Virus record (IMG/VR): IMGVR_UViG_3300044700_000221
DNA: 64,000 nt
Source of the DNA: an uncultured virus (IMG/VR IMGVR_UViG_3300044700_000221)
Lineage: Duplodnaviria; Heunggongvirae; Uroviricota; Caudoviricetes
Reading direction: 5' to 3' (one strand)
The translations under genes and the position numbers were made by a program. Numbering within the stretch: the stretch's first letter is position 1; every line of letters starts with the position of its first letter. This document shows positions 24,738 to 35,209 of this stretch, piece by piece. The notes under the pieces were generated by a model that was not told the DNA's origin, searched no databases, and saw only the letters and a list, made by a program, of their open reading frames with translations.

Positions 24738-25139
24738 ATGGCCGTAGCTCCAAACCCCATGTTTCCAGAAACCGGAATGACTAACTTTGAGCGTACCCTT
24801 GCTCCAAGTATTCCCGGTAACCGTGGACCACTCCGCTTTGAAGAAGGCGTAGCCACCGACACTGACGTCCCTATGGACTTTGGTATTGGTGCTTACGAGG
24901 ACACCGCTCCTTCTCCGTTGCGCCAGAACCACAACAACCCTGAAATGTTTTACAAGTACCCAGAGGAGACTATGCGCGAACGCGCTCACGTCGGCTCGGC
25001 TACTTGGATTGAAGCTCCTGCAATGTTGGGAGACTTTATGCAGGGTTCAATGTCCGGTGAGGGTATGCCTCAGTTTGAGTACGCATACGGTTCAGGTGGC
25101 TATATGAAGCGCCCGAACCCAACAGTTGTCTACGACTGA
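24738..25139 (+). CDS. Hypothetical (probable virion) protein
   Basis: AGGAGG RBS, followed by a strong terminator. Confidence 0.8.
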   Translation: MAVAPNPMFPETGMTNFERTLAPSIPGNRGPLRFEEGVATDTDVPMDFGIGAYEDTAPSPLRQNHNNPEMFYKYPEETMRERAHVGSATWIEAPAMLGDFMQGSMSGEGMPQFEYAYGSGGYMKRPNPTVVYD

Positions 25140-25161
25140 TAGTTCCACCGACAAGGACGGG

Positions 25162-25190
25162 AAAGGCGGGGGTAATTCCCCGCCTTTTCT
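25162..25190 (+). terminator. Intrinsic terminator
   Basis: AAAGGCGGGG-GTAATT-CCCCGCCTTT TCT. Confidence 0.8.
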
Positions 25191-25212
25191 GCATCCTGTA
25201 ATCTAGAAAATC

Positions 25213-25224
25213 TGGTACAGTCAG
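25213..25224 (+). promoter_or_regulatory. Putative promoter element TGGTACAGTCAG
   Basis: Second copy, directly after a terminator and before a new operon. Confidence 0.45.
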
Positions 25225-25251
25225 TGCCTCACCTAAACACAAGGAGCACCG

Positions 25252-25422
25252 ATGACCCCTCAAGATTTTCAAACAGTTCTTCATTATTTGAACCGCGTTA
25301 CAGTTCGTGGGTTTGAAGAAGAGCAAGAATTAGTTAAATTGGTTGCAAAAATAAAAGCACAAACAGTGCGCAACGACCAAAGCACAAATGTGTATACTAA
25401 TGGGAGCACAAAAGCCGCGTAA
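25252..25422 (+). CDS. Small hypothetical protein (56 aa)
   Basis: Not in the track; MTPQDFQTVLHYLNRVTVRGFEEEQELVKL..., AAGGAG RBS. Confidence 0.65.
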   Translation: MTPQDFQTVLHYLNRVTVRGFEEEQELVKLVAKIKAQTVRNDQSTNVYTNGSTKAA

Positions 25423-25444
25423 CGCGGAGTACAAGGAGCAAAAT

Positions 25445-25720
25445 ATGACGCAGGAATCCAACCTGGTCGATGATCTGCTTTCAAGATCCATTGAAGAGAT
25501 CAAGACAAAGTGCGGGTTAACAAAGCTTCGTGAGTCGATGTCTACTGAAGAAGTAGAGGCACTTGATAAAGCTTTGGAGTTAATTAAAACTGACCACAAC
25601 TCAGGTAGGGCTAAGGTGTACTCAGCAGAATGGCTGACAGCCGTGTTAAATAAACACGGGCATCCTATTAGCTCAAGCACTATCTCTAGGCACCTATCAA
25701 AGAGGTGCAGCTGTGAGTGA
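25445..25720 (+). CDS. Hypothetical protein, possibly HTH/zinc-binding
   Basis: AAGGAG RBS; KCG...ISSSTISRHLSKRCSC. Confidence 0.7.
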   Translation: MTQESNLVDDLLSRSIEEIKTKCGLTKLRESMSTEEVEALDKALELIKTDHNSGRAKVYSAEWLTAVLNKHGHPISSSTISRHLSKRCSCE

Positions 25721-26846
25721 TCTATCCAAAGACTTAAATAGCGCGTATTCATTGGGTAAAGTTGCTGACTTACTCAAAAGGAACAACATTGATTTAGATG
25801 AAATTGGTGAAGTAAAACGCGTCTCCTTTTACCAATCTCTAACTAAGAATGAAGCCGGCGAGGCAGAGATCCATGACCTCATGGGTATCCAGTTTTCTCC
25901 TGCTTGGGAATCTGGTCCAGCATGGCCTGTGGTACAACCAGGCCCTTCTGTAAAGCTACCTACAGTTAAAGCTAAGGCAGATAAGGTTACGGACCATCAA
26001 GTGTGTGTGGTTCTTCCTGATATGCAGATTGGTTACTTCCGTGCTATGGATGGAGAACTCCAGCCAACACATGATGAAGCAGCGATTGATATTGCATTAG
26101 CAATCACTAAGAGCCTTAACCCAGATCTAGTTGTAATGGTTGGAGACAACCTTGACTTTCCTGAGTTTGGTAAATACCGCCTTAGTAGTGCTTATGCCCT
26201 AACAACTCAAGCTTCTGTAGACAGGGCTACAACGCTGTGCGCCCAAGTAAGGGCTGCGGCACCAAACGCCAAGATTATTTGGTTAGCTGGAAATCACGAA
26301 GAAAGATTGGTGAACTTTGTTCTCGACAACGCGAAAGCTGCTTTCGGTATCCGTAAAGGTAATACGCCTGAGTCCTGGCCTGTGCTTAGCATTCCTTATC
26401 TCTGTCGTTTCGACGATTACGGGGTTGCTTACGTACCTGGCTATCCGGCTGGACAATTCTGGGTCAACGAACGGCTCCGCATCATCCACGGCACAAAAGT
26501 ACGGAGTAACGGGTCGACAGCGCACGCGTACCTCGGCAGTGAAAAGACATCCGTCTTATATGGCCACATCCACAGGCGTGAATGGGCAGAGCGGTCACGT
26601 GAAGATTACGATGGCGCAAAGACCATCATGGCCGCATCCCCTGGTACGTTGGCCCGATGCGACGGGGCCGTCCCATCTACCAAAGGATCCATCGACCTGG
26701 ACGGTCGACCTATGACAATTGTTGAAGACTGGCAACAAGGTATTGGGGTTGTCACCTTTAAGCCAGGAGATGGTCCGTTCTGGTATGAACAGGTACCCTT
26801 TCATAACGGATCAGCTATGTACCGTGGTAAGTTGTACACTTCATAA
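25713..26846 (+). CDS. Calcineurin-like metallophosphoesterase
   Basis: PDMQ, GDNLD, GNHE, HG and GHIH motifs. Confidence 0.88.
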   Translation: MSDLSKDLNSAYSLGKVADLLKRNNIDLDEIGEVKRVSFYQSLTKNEAGEAEIHDLMGIQFSPAWESGPAWPVVQPGPSVKLPTVKAKADKVTDHQVCVVLPDMQIGYFRAMDGELQPTHDEAAIDIALAITKSLNPDLVVMVGDNLDFPEFGKYRLSSAYALTTQASVDRATTLCAQVRAAAPNAKIIWLAGNHEERLVNFVLDNAKAAFGIRKGNTPESWPVLSIPYLCRFDDYGVAYVPGYPAGQFWVNERLRIIHGTKVRSNGSTAHAYLGSEKTSVLYGHIHRREWAERSREDYDGAKTIMAASPGTLARCDGAVPSTKGSIDLDGRPMTIVEDWQQGIGVVTFKPGDGPFWYEQVPFHNGSAMYRGKLYTS

Positions 26847-26863
26847 AAGAGTATCATTTTAAA

Positions 26864-27172
26864 ATGACTTACCCTTACAAAGCCGCCATAATTGAATGGG
26901 TTGACGCTTTTGATGGTGAAGACACGTGGGTATACAAGGGTGATTACAAAATAGATCCTGCTTTACCAGTGACCATTGGGTGGGTTCTTGAAGACCAACA
27001 TCCAGAGTACGTCACAATGATTTCAACATTTTGTGTGTTTAACGATAAGCCAGATTTATACAGCAATGTTATGCATGTTCCAGTAGGCATGGTTAAATCG
27101 TTAACTTACATTGATATTCCTGCTAAGATAAGTAAACAGAAAAAGCGTAGGTCGGAGTCTAATGCCCGTTGA
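26864..27172 (+). CDS. Hypothetical protein
   Basis: IEWVDA...TIGWV...VPVGMV. Confidence 0.7.
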   Translation: MTYPYKAAIIEWVDAFDGEDTWVYKGDYKIDPALPVTIGWVLEDQHPEYVTMISTFCVFNDKPDLYSNVMHVPVGMVKSLTYIDIPAKISKQKKRRSESNAR

Positions 27173-28850
27173 TTTTTGGTCACCAAGTTATCGAGCATCT
27201 TCAAGCGACTTAACTGTCGCTATCTCTCCGCTTGGTCTAGTTGAATTAGCCGATGAAGAGTTTGAAGTTCATGGCCCTCGCCTAAACCGCTATAGCTCTT
27301 GTTGGGCATGGTACCTCGGCCACCACTGGTCGTACCGTCGTGAGATGGGTGAACAGAACATCACCCTGAACTACACCAAGACAATGTCTGATTACATTAC
27401 AAACTTTTGTTTTGGTAAAGGTGTTCAATGGAAAGTACCTCCTCAAAACGGTGCAGTCATTCCTCACCTTCTTCACAAGGTCTGGGAATCAGACAACTCA
27501 AAGCACTTTGTCCTTTGGGAAATGGGTCAGCTTGCAGGGGTAACCGGAGACTGCTTTGTAAAAGTAGCTTTTGAAGATCCGTATGTGGACACACTGGGCA
27601 TTACACACGAGGGTCGCATACGCATCCTAACCCTAAACCCTGCCCATTGTTTCCCTGAATACCACCCTCACGACCGTGACCGCTTATTGCGCTTTAAACT
27701 TAAGTATCGTTTTTGGGGAACTAGCCCTGAAGGTACTCGTCAGGTTTACACCTTTACTGAAATCTTGACTGAAGAAACAATCGAACAGTACATCAACGAC
27801 GAATTGATCGATCAGTACCCCAATCCGACAGGGTGTATTCCGATTGTTCATATTCCTAATATGACTATCTCGTCTTCCCCCTGGGGCCAATCAGACATCT
27901 GGGATATCATTCCTCTCAACCGTGAACTGAATGAGAAGATGACCGAAGTATCGGACATCATTAACTACCATGCTGCACCAATCACAATTATTACTGGTGC
28001 TAAAGCAAGTCAGCTAGAGCGCGGACCAAAGAAGGTATGGGCTGGACTTCCAAAAGACGCTACGGTTCATAACCTTGAATCAAGCGGAAACATGGCTGGA
28101 GCTTTGGAGTACATCACTTTCTTAAAGCGAACTATGCATGAAATTACTGGTGTACCTGAAACTGCTCTTGGTCAATTTCAACCAGTATCAAATACCTCTG
28201 GTGTAGCTCTTTCAATCCAATATCAGCCTTTGATGAACCGCTTTAACATGAAGCGAATTCACTTCACTAAAGGTCTTGAAAAGATTAATGAAATCATTAT
28301 TCGTACAGCAGCAGTATTTCAACCAGAACTTCTTGTGTATGACCCCAGTAAGGGTGAGCCACCTGAAGTAGATCAGTTGCCACAGCTTGACCCATCTGAC
28401 CCGCTTACCTACAAGACGCAAGTGCACTGGCCTGAACCACTTCCTGTGGATGTCCTTATCAAGCTTAATGAAGCTCAAGCCAAAATGGCTATGGGCTTGG
28501 AATCTAAAGAAGGCGCTATGCGCATGCTTGGTGAAGAGTTCCCACGTGAGAAGCTTGCTGAAATCTTTGAAGAACTCCGTGATGACGCTATTGACCAGGG
28601 AGCACTTGACATGCTTCGTGCTCAAATTAATCAAGCTGTCATGATGGCAACAGGTTTGTTACCTGGCCCAAGCGGTACCAGCACGGTACCTGCCGGAGGT
28701 GCTAATGTAACAAATGCAGGAGGTCCTCAGGAAACTGAGGGTCCAATGCCCGGTACTCAGGTAGCCCCTGATGCTGGAATGTTAAACAATATAGTTGCAA
28801 AGGCATACGGAGCTAGGTTCGCCCAGCGTCGTGTACCTGACGAAGAATAA
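27162..28850 (+). CDS. Portal protein (SPP1 gp6-like)
   Basis: 562 aa, TGDCFVKV, NTSGVAL; upstream of scaffold and capsid. Confidence 0.88.
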   Translation: MPVDFWSPSYRASSSDLTVAISPLGLVELADEEFEVHGPRLNRYSSCWAWYLGHHWSYRREMGEQNITLNYTKTMSDYITNFCFGKGVQWKVPPQNGAVIPHLLHKVWESDNSKHFVLWEMGQLAGVTGDCFVKVAFEDPYVDTLGITHEGRIRILTLNPAHCFPEYHPHDRDRLLRFKLKYRFWGTSPEGTRQVYTFTEILTEETIEQYINDELIDQYPNPTGCIPIVHIPNMTISSSPWGQSDIWDIIPLNRELNEKMTEVSDIINYHAAPITIITGAKASQLERGPKKVWAGLPKDATVHNLESSGNMAGALEYITFLKRTMHEITGVPETALGQFQPVSNTSGVALSIQYQPLMNRFNMKRIHFTKGLEKINEIIIRTAAVFQPELLVYDPSKGEPPEVDQLPQLDPSDPLTYKTQVHWPEPLPVDVLIKLNEAQAKMAMGLESKEGAMRMLGEEFPREKLAEIFEELRDDAIDQGALDMLRAQINQAVMMATGLLPGPSGTSTVPAGGANVTNAGGPQETEGPMPGTQVAPDAGMLNNIVAKAYGARFAQRRVPDEE

Positions 28851-28900
28851 ACAGTCTTATAACACCAGACAACATAAGCTCAACTAACCGAGGTAAAGAC

Positions 28901-29680
28901 ATGGCAATTCACCCTAACGAAGATGGTATTCAGATTCCCGCAGAGCCAAAGCAAGAGGCAACCCAGGACATGAACCAAAATTCAAAGCTCTTTTCAGAAG
29001 ACGAAGTCCATAAGATTCGTCAGCAAGAAAAGGACAAAATGTACAAGCGTCTTGAAGATGCAGATGGCCGCACAAAAGCCATGGAAGAGCAACTAGCTTT
29101 GCTCTCTCGTGAGCGCGAACAGGCAATCAAGGAAGCGGAAGATCGCGCCCGTAAGGATGCAGAAATTATCCGTCAGCGAGAAATTGAAGAGTTGTCCGCC
29201 AAAGACCTCCTTGCCAAACGAGAAGATGAGTTTAATCAACGCATCAATCAGGTTGAGCAGGAGTGGGGACAAAAGTTTGCTGAAATGGAAAAGGACCGTC
29301 AAGCCAAGGACGCAATGCTGGAAAAGGAACGATACTTCCAGCAAATCGAAACTTACCGCAACCGTCGCGTGCAGGCCGAAAACGAAAACATTATTCCAGA
29401 ATTGATTGATTTAGTAACAGGAAATTCGGAAGAAGAAATCGAAAATAGTATTGCCGTACTTCGTGAACGCAGTAATGCTATAATCGATTCTATCCAGAGG
29501 ACGAGTCAGCCGAATCGTCCTAAGGGGGCGTCATTAACGGCTCCCCCAACTGGGCCACTGGATAACCAACAGGAACACCAGACGTTGACTGCGGAGGACA
29601 TCCGCAATATGCCGATGGATCAGTACGTCAAGATGCGCGACCGGCTACTGCAGGCTCGACCTAACCGTGGTCGTTTCTAA
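28901..29680 (+). CDS. Capsid scaffolding protein
   Basis: Charged coiled coil between portal and major capsid genes. Confidence 0.8.
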   Translation: MAIHPNEDGIQIPAEPKQEATQDMNQNSKLFSEDEVHKIRQQEKDKMYKRLEDADGRTKAMEEQLALLSREREQAIKEAEDRARKDAEIIRQREIEELSAKDLLAKREDEFNQRINQVEQEWGQKFAEMEKDRQAKDAMLEKERYFQQIETYRNRRVQAENENIIPELIDLVTGNSEEEIENSIAVLRERSNAIIDSIQRTSQPNRPKGASLTAPPTGPLDNQQEHQTLTAEDIRNMPMDQYVKMRDRLLQARPNRGRF

Positions 29681-29717
29681 CAAAACCCAACTAACCCTAT
29701 CCATCGGAGGATAAACA

Positions 29718-30848
29718 ATGGCATACCCCACACCAGCAGGCGGTGCAATTACCGGCACAACTGCAATCTCAGGAGCACCGACTGGCTATACCGATTCCGG
29801 TAGTGCTCTCACCCCCGCAATCCAGACGATTTGGTCAAAGGAAATTCTTTTCCAGGCCATGCCGGTTCTGCGCTTCGAACAGTTCGCTGTTAAGAAGACC
29901 GAACTTGGTGTTCAGCCTGGTTTGACCATCAACTTCATGCGCTACAACAACCTCACCATCAATGAGGACGTTGGTGCAGTACTGAGTGAAGGCGTGCGTA
30001 TGGATCCGAAGGCCCTCTCGGCCAGCCAGATCCAGATCACCGTTAAGGAAAACGGTCAGGCAGTTGCAGTTACTGAGCTCCTTTTGAACGCATCATTTGA
30101 TGACGTCATGGCCTCAGCTTCACGCTTGCTTGGTCGCCACATGGCACAGAGCATGGACGCCCAGGCTCGTAACACCTTGTACTCGAAGGGCATTCCTTTC
30201 GGTACCGCTGGTGCTTACGATTCTGGCAACGCTGTTGCTCCGAACGTGGTCTTCGGTCGCACCTCGGCTTCGGCACGTGGCGCAATCAGCCCGTACGACG
30301 CTGGTACCCTTGGCTCAGCCTCGGCTCCTGGCTACCTTAGCCCCGCAACCATTAAGGACGCAGTCGAAGTTCTTGCTGGTCAGAACATCCCGCGTTTGGG
30401 CGACACCTACGTGTGCTTCGTCCACCCGTCGCAGAGCCGCTCGCTCCGTGACTGGCCGGAATTCATTGAAGTCACGAAGTACGCCGCTCCTGGTAACTTC
30501 ATGCTTGGTGAAATTGGTCGCTTGTACGACGTCGTGTTCATCGAAACCACTCAGGTTAAGAAGGGCCTTGATGCAACTGACGCAACTGACGCCCTCTACG
30601 GCCTTGGTGCAAGCCTTGACACCAGCGCATCATCTGGCTTCCAAGAGAACGCTAATGCTTACAACGCCATCATGATTGGTGACAACGCATTTGGTCACGC
30701 CATCGCATTGCCGGTGGAACTCCGTGACGGTGGCGTCATCGACTTCGGTCGTGAGCATGGTCTTGCTTGGTACGCAATCTGGGGCTTTGGTGTCATTACC
30801 CACGAATCCCGCGTTATCCTTAACACCTTGGGTGGCGCAATCTCCTGA
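29718..30848 (+). CDS. Major capsid protein (N4-gp56-like)
   Basis: GGAGG RBS, strongly biased codons, FEQFA...PGLTINFMRY...YVCFVHP...GEIGRL; terminator follows. Confidence 0.9.
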   Translation: MAYPTPAGGAITGTTAISGAPTGYTDSGSALTPAIQTIWSKEILFQAMPVLRFEQFAVKKTELGVQPGLTINFMRYNNLTINEDVGAVLSEGVRMDPKALSASQIQITVKENGQAVAVTELLLNASFDDVMASASRLLGRHMAQSMDAQARNTLYSKGIPFGTAGAYDSGNAVAPNVVFGRTSASARGAISPYDAGTLGSASAPGYLSPATIKDAVEVLAGQNIPRLGDTYVCFVHPSQSRSLRDWPEFIEVTKYAAPGNFMLGEIGRLYDVVFIETTQVKKGLDATDATDALYGLGASLDTSASSGFQENANAYNAIMIGDNAFGHAIALPVELRDGGVIDFGREHGLAWYAIWGFGVITHESRVILNTLGGAIS

Positions 30849-30875
30849 ACCTAACCAGTTCAATGATGTAGTATT

Positions 30876-30908
30876 GTGGGGGTGGGAAACCACCCCCACT
30901 TTACATTT
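30876..30908 (+). terminator. Intrinsic terminator
   Basis: GTGGGGGTGG-GAAA-CCACCCCCAC TTTACATTT. Confidence 0.85.
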
Positions 30909-30931
30909 ACCGTACTCAACAAGGAGTTAAC

Positions 30932-31189
30932 ATGGCAGCTAAGAAAAAGCCCGCAGCATTTACAGAAGTTGAAGAAGTAGTAGAAACTACTCCTGATGAA
31001 GTAGTTATTGAAGAGCCAGTTGTAGTTGTAAACACTGATTCTGATTTTGTTAACGCACGCGTAAAAGGAACCTGGACAATGTACTGGGGAACCGCAAGGT
31101 ATGAATTTGAAGACGGAAAGCGCTTCAAACTTCCAAAAGATCTTTTCAACTACCTCCGTAGCCACGGAAACATTTACAACACCCTCTGA
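30932..31189 (+). CDS. Hypothetical head-associated protein
   Basis: AAGGAG RBS, follows the capsid gene. Confidence 0.75.
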   Translation: MAAKKKPAAFTEVEEVVETTPDEVVIEEPVVVVNTDSDFVNARVKGTWTMYWGTARYEFEDGKRFKLPKDLFNYLRSHGNIYNTL

Positions 31190-31197
31190 GGTAACTA

Positions 31198-32562
31198 ATG
31201 CCCTTCATTATCCCCAATGCCAATGACACTACTGGCGGTAATAAATATACTGCCTTAGACCAGGCTGAACCAGATTCCCTAGACTTTGAAGTCTTGGGTA
31301 ATGAGTCGTCAGGGGTAATTAGTGGTGGAGAAGTAACTTCGGTTTCTGCTCCTAGCACTGTAAAAGTTACTGCTGCAACAGTAGTAATCGATGGTGTTGT
31401 TTATAATGTAGATGGTAAAGACTCCCTGTCTTTAAACGCCACCCCAACAAACAAAAGGTTTGACCTTGTTGTTGCCCGTAAAGCCGGGTCAACGGTTAGC
31501 TTTGTTTGTTTGGGTGGTGGAGACAGCTCGTCAAACCCCACGTTTCCTAAATCCAATAGCAATGTTGTTACCTCAAATACTTCGAATTACACCCCTAGCA
31601 CCGACATTTTAATTGCTGCGGTGTACCGAGAGGGTGCCAATATTGTAAGCGGAAACATTGTTGATAAACGAAAGTTTATTCGAACAGCAACGCCATACCA
31701 AGGTTCTGTTGCACCCACGTCAACCCAGGGGACCACTGGTGATATGTACGTGAAAACAGGTTCAGTTCCTAATGGTGAATCTGGGGTGTACGTAAAGCGC
31801 AGCACAAGTGGAGACTGGACTCAACTTGCTCCCGCTTTTGCAGACCCAGGTGTTCCTATTGGGGGCATCATGATGTGGGCTGCGCCAGTTGCACCTAACA
31901 CTGGTGTATGGGCACTTTGCAATGGTGGCGCTCTTTCAAAGAGTACTTATTCTCAATTGTACAATGTGCTTAGTAGCAACGGGTCAATACCCGCTGTGTA
32001 TGGGGAATCTGGTTCTAACTTTTTACTTCCTAACTTTATGGGAATGTATCTAGTTGGTGCTGCAGAAGCATTGAGTGCAAGTGTGCTATCCACAGCAGTA
32101 GGAAACATAGGTAATGAGGTTGCCCTTGTTGCTAACAATGTTCCACAGCATACGCACCCAATTGACCATGGTCATACAGGGACTGCTAACCCTGGTGGAT
32201 CCCACTACCATGTTACTGGCGGTATAGATAGTGAACGTTACGACTTTGCTTTGCGCCGTCATAGTGTTGGGGTTGGTGACACTAACGCGTACGCACCAGG
32301 TCACTATGTATCACCGTACGACAGGTACGGTAGTGGTTACGCGTCAAAGTACTCATACGAGACTGGCGATAACATTAATGATTTACCAGGAATGTCTATC
32401 TGGTCTACAGACAGGACAAGTGAGGCGGCAGCCCACACCCACACTGTAACGGTAGGCACCACTAGTAATTTATACTCTGGGCAGGGTGGGCAAGCGTCTC
32501 CTACTAAGGTAAACATACGACCACGTTCAATGCAGATTGCTTACTACATCCGATACGCATGA
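31198..32562 (+). CDS. Tail collar-domain fibre protein
   Basis: PIGGIMMW...WALCNG..LSKSTYSQLY...FLLPNFMG; H-x-H repeats; ends YYIRY. Confidence 0.8.
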   Translation: MPFIIPNANDTTGGNKYTALDQAEPDSLDFEVLGNESSGVISGGEVTSVSAPSTVKVTAATVVIDGVVYNVDGKDSLSLNATPTNKRFDLVVARKAGSTVSFVCLGGGDSSSNPTFPKSNSNVVTSNTSNYTPSTDILIAAVYREGANIVSGNIVDKRKFIRTATPYQGSVAPTSTQGTTGDMYVKTGSVPNGESGVYVKRSTSGDWTQLAPAFADPGVPIGGIMMWAAPVAPNTGVWALCNGGALSKSTYSQLYNVLSSNGSIPAVYGESGSNFLLPNFMGMYLVGAAEALSASVLSTAVGNIGNEVALVANNVPQHTHPIDHGHTGTANPGGSHYHVTGGIDSERYDFALRRHSVGVGDTNAYAPGHYVSPYDRYGSGYASKYSYETGDNINDLPGMSIWSTDRTSEAAAHTHTVTVGTTSNLYSGQGGQASPTKVNIRPRSMQIAYYIRYA

Positions 32563-32719
32563 CTCTAAATAAGCCAACCGGAGTACCAGCAGAACAGCTA
32601 CTTTTAAAAAGGCAAGTAACAACCCCTCGTCACAGAGAACAACAACCTGCTTACAATCAGCCAGCCCAGGACACCCTTCCACCTAACAGCTCTAACGATT
32701 CGTAAGACAGGACAACGTA

Positions 32720-33517
32720 ATGGCTACGTTTGCAGACATCACTAACATTGCGAGAACCTACCTTAGGGATTTTCCTAAGTTCTTTCAAACAACTTTTGAT
32801 GCCGCTGGTAGGACCTATCAGTTGGGTCATACCAATATTGATTCATCCAGTTTATGGATTGCGGTGTACACAGTTGGGGGTTCAACAACGGAGTTGACCC
32901 CTAGTCAGTACTCTATTGATGAGCGCAACGGTGTTTTACGATTATCTTCATTGCCTTCTGCAAATACCAAGATCCTTATTGAAGGTTATTACTATGAGTG
33001 GGTTACCCCCACTGACCTGGACTTTTATGCACATAGGGCTCTCGAAAAGCACTTACATACTTTAAATATTCCTATTGAACGGCTTGCCGATGTTGTTGTG
33101 AATGCTATTGGAATTGCTGCTATCTGTGAAGCCTTGTGGGCTTTGATGACAGAATTTAGTCGTGATATCGACGTAATTACTTCAGAATCTATACACATCC
33201 CAGCAAGCCAAAGATTCAGAATGATTCAAGGGTTGTTGGCACAATGGGAAGCTGAATATCAACGCCATGCAGCAAACCTAAACATTGGGTTTGACCGCCT
33301 TGAGGTAATGAACTTGCGACGTGTATCTCGTACTACAAACCGGTTAATACCATTGTACAAACAAAAAGAGTTTGGGGATTACTCTCCATTAGAACGCTTA
33401 TGGCCAGATATTGATGATGGTGTGGTTACACCAGAAACTAAAGATGACAATTTGCGTGAAGATGTTTTCATTGACAACGTGCCCAGGTCAGGGCAGACAA
33501 CGAATGCGTATTACTAA
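32720..33517 (+). CDS. Head-tail adaptor/neck protein
   Basis: Position and size. Confidence 0.6.
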   Translation: MATFADITNIARTYLRDFPKFFQTTFDAAGRTYQLGHTNIDSSSLWIAVYTVGGSTTELTPSQYSIDERNGVLRLSSLPSANTKILIEGYYYEWVTPTDLDFYAHRALEKHLHTLNIPIERLADVVVNAIGIAAICEALWALMTEFSRDIDVITSESIHIPASQRFRMIQGLLAQWEAEYQRHAANLNIGFDRLEVMNLRRVSRTTNRLIPLYKQKEFGDYSPLERLWPDIDDGVVTPETKDDNLREDVFIDNVPRSGQTTNAYY

Positions 33518-34053
33518 TGGATCCTCGTCGAGAACTGGATCTTATTAACAAACACTTTCGTAAACACCACTCAACAGTAGGTGAAACTGTAATTTGGTAC
33601 GAGTTCAATCCTCTTGGTTCGGCCAGTGTAACTAGTCAATACGATGATGTCTACGACGAAGGTACTCCTGGCTTGGGTGGTAAACGCTATTTGCCAGGTG
33701 TTGTTTTACCTACACTACTAATTAGTGAAACAGAAGACCAGCGTCGGGCTATACCAGAAGGTCGTCAACCTGTACAGAACATTGACTTAACTATCGCAAT
33801 TCAAGACATGCGGGATGCTGGGATATCCACTCCTTATGAATATCGTAACCACCTTAACGATCTTCTGTTTTATGACGGTAGGTATTATTCGGTGTTTGAC
33901 TACCGTGTAAGGGGTCGTTTACAGGACGACATTTTCGTTATGGTCCAAGGGCTTGAGTTATACATTAATCAGGAATTTTTAAATGACCCTGACCCAGGTA
34001 TCATAGAAGTTACAAACTACCCTTGGCCAGCGTCACTTCCCAGTTTGGGCTAA
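33517..34053 (+). CDS. Head closure (stopper) protein
   Basis: Position; NDLLFYDGRYYSV. Confidence 0.6.
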   Translation: MDPRRELDLINKHFRKHHSTVGETVIWYEFNPLGSASVTSQYDDVYDEGTPGLGGKRYLPGVVLPTLLISETEDQRRAIPEGRQPVQNIDLTIAIQDMRDAGISTPYEYRNHLNDLLFYDGRYYSVFDYRVRGRLQDDIFVMVQGLELYINQEFLNDPDPGIIEVTNYPWPASLPSLG

Positions 34054-34112
34054 ACTATAGGTAGCTTAACGTGCGTTAAGCACTCACTTGCCTAGAACCT
34101 CGGAGACCAGCC

Positions 34113-34511
34113 ATGAATAAGGCTTACTCTAACTTCATACATCCCCGTGGTTCTAAATCTTTTATGCCTTCAAACTTAGGTATTCTTGACCAGTTTGAAG
34201 AGATCGAAGCAACTTATCTTGCTATTTTAAATGATGTAATTGAAAAAGCAACAAAAGAATATGAAGAGTCAATCCAAGAAACAGCCTCACAACCAGAAAA
34301 TTGGGGTGAGTTTGGTAAGTCTTTAACGGCCTATTTTGATCAAACTGATTACTCTATAAATGTTGGAGTTGTTGGTGATGAAGAAACAATGATGCAAGCA
34401 ATGGAGCTTGAGTACGGAACAGGTATGGTTCCCCCAAAAGCTATGATCCGTAATGCTGCGTTAGGTGTTACAACTGAGTTTCCAAGCATGCTTAACGGGT
34501 ATCTTCGATGA
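34113..34511 (+). CDS. Neck/tail completion protein
   Basis: LEYGTGMVPPKAMIR, HK97-gp10-like motif. Confidence 0.55.
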   Translation: MNKAYSNFIHPRGSKSFMPSNLGILDQFEEIEATYLAILNDVIEKATKEYEESIQETASQPENWGEFGKSLTAYFDQTDYSINVGVVGDEETMMQAMELEYGTGMVPPKAMIRNAALGVTTEFPSMLNGYLR

Positions 34512-35209
34512 GTAACAAAGGCTTTCTACTGGCAGAAGACGCTGCCGTAAAGCGTCGTTTTTCAAACATTTCGGTAACTGACGACCGCGAACAAACACGT
34601 GTTGCCAAGGTGTTCTTTAGGTACCCAGAGGGGGAAACAGAACGTGAGTACCCTTTTATAACCATAGAGAATATTGGCATAGCCCATGACAGGTCACGCC
34701 AACACTCGGAACAGACTTACTATTTTTCTTCCTCCGGGTCAGCCTCCTCTGGTCCGGTGTACGTTAACTACTTTCCTTCAGAATTAGATTCTGCCGGTAT
34801 GGTAGCCGCATTGGGTAACAATCCATTTTTGGCTTTCGATTCCTTTATACCTGTGATGCTTATGTACCAGGTATCAACATACGCTCGTAGTGCTTTGCAT
34901 GACCGTCAACTAACGGCAAAGATGCTACGAAGAGTAACCCCGTTTAGACGAGGGTTTATAGAAGTACCCGAAGACAATACGATTAGAAGGTTTGATCTTA
35001 TGTCTTGGGGAAACAGCGATCTTCTTGACGGAGAAGCCGCATATAGGAAAAGGATCTTTCGCAAAGTGTACAGCTTACAAATGACAGCTGAGATACCTGC
35101 GTCTGATTACTACGCTCTCAAGCAAGTTACATCAGTTGTTGGTACTATTAAAAACGAAGACAACCAGAATCCCACTGTATTCACCACCCCGTTTTCGGAG
35201 GACTTTTAA
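34508..35209 (+). CDS. Tail terminator/completion protein
   Basis: YPFITI motif, directly upstream of the sheath. Confidence 0.6.
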   Translation: MSNKGFLLAEDAAVKRRFSNISVTDDREQTRVAKVFFRYPEGETEREYPFITIENIGIAHDRSRQHSEQTYYFSSSGSASSGPVYVNYFPSELDSAGMVAALGNNPFLAFDSFIPVMLMYQVSTYARSALHDRQLTAKMLRRVTPFRRGFIEVPEDNTIRRFDLMSWGNSDLLDGEAAYRKRIFRKVYSLQMTAEIPASDYYALKQVTSVVGTIKNEDNQNPTVFTTPFSEDF

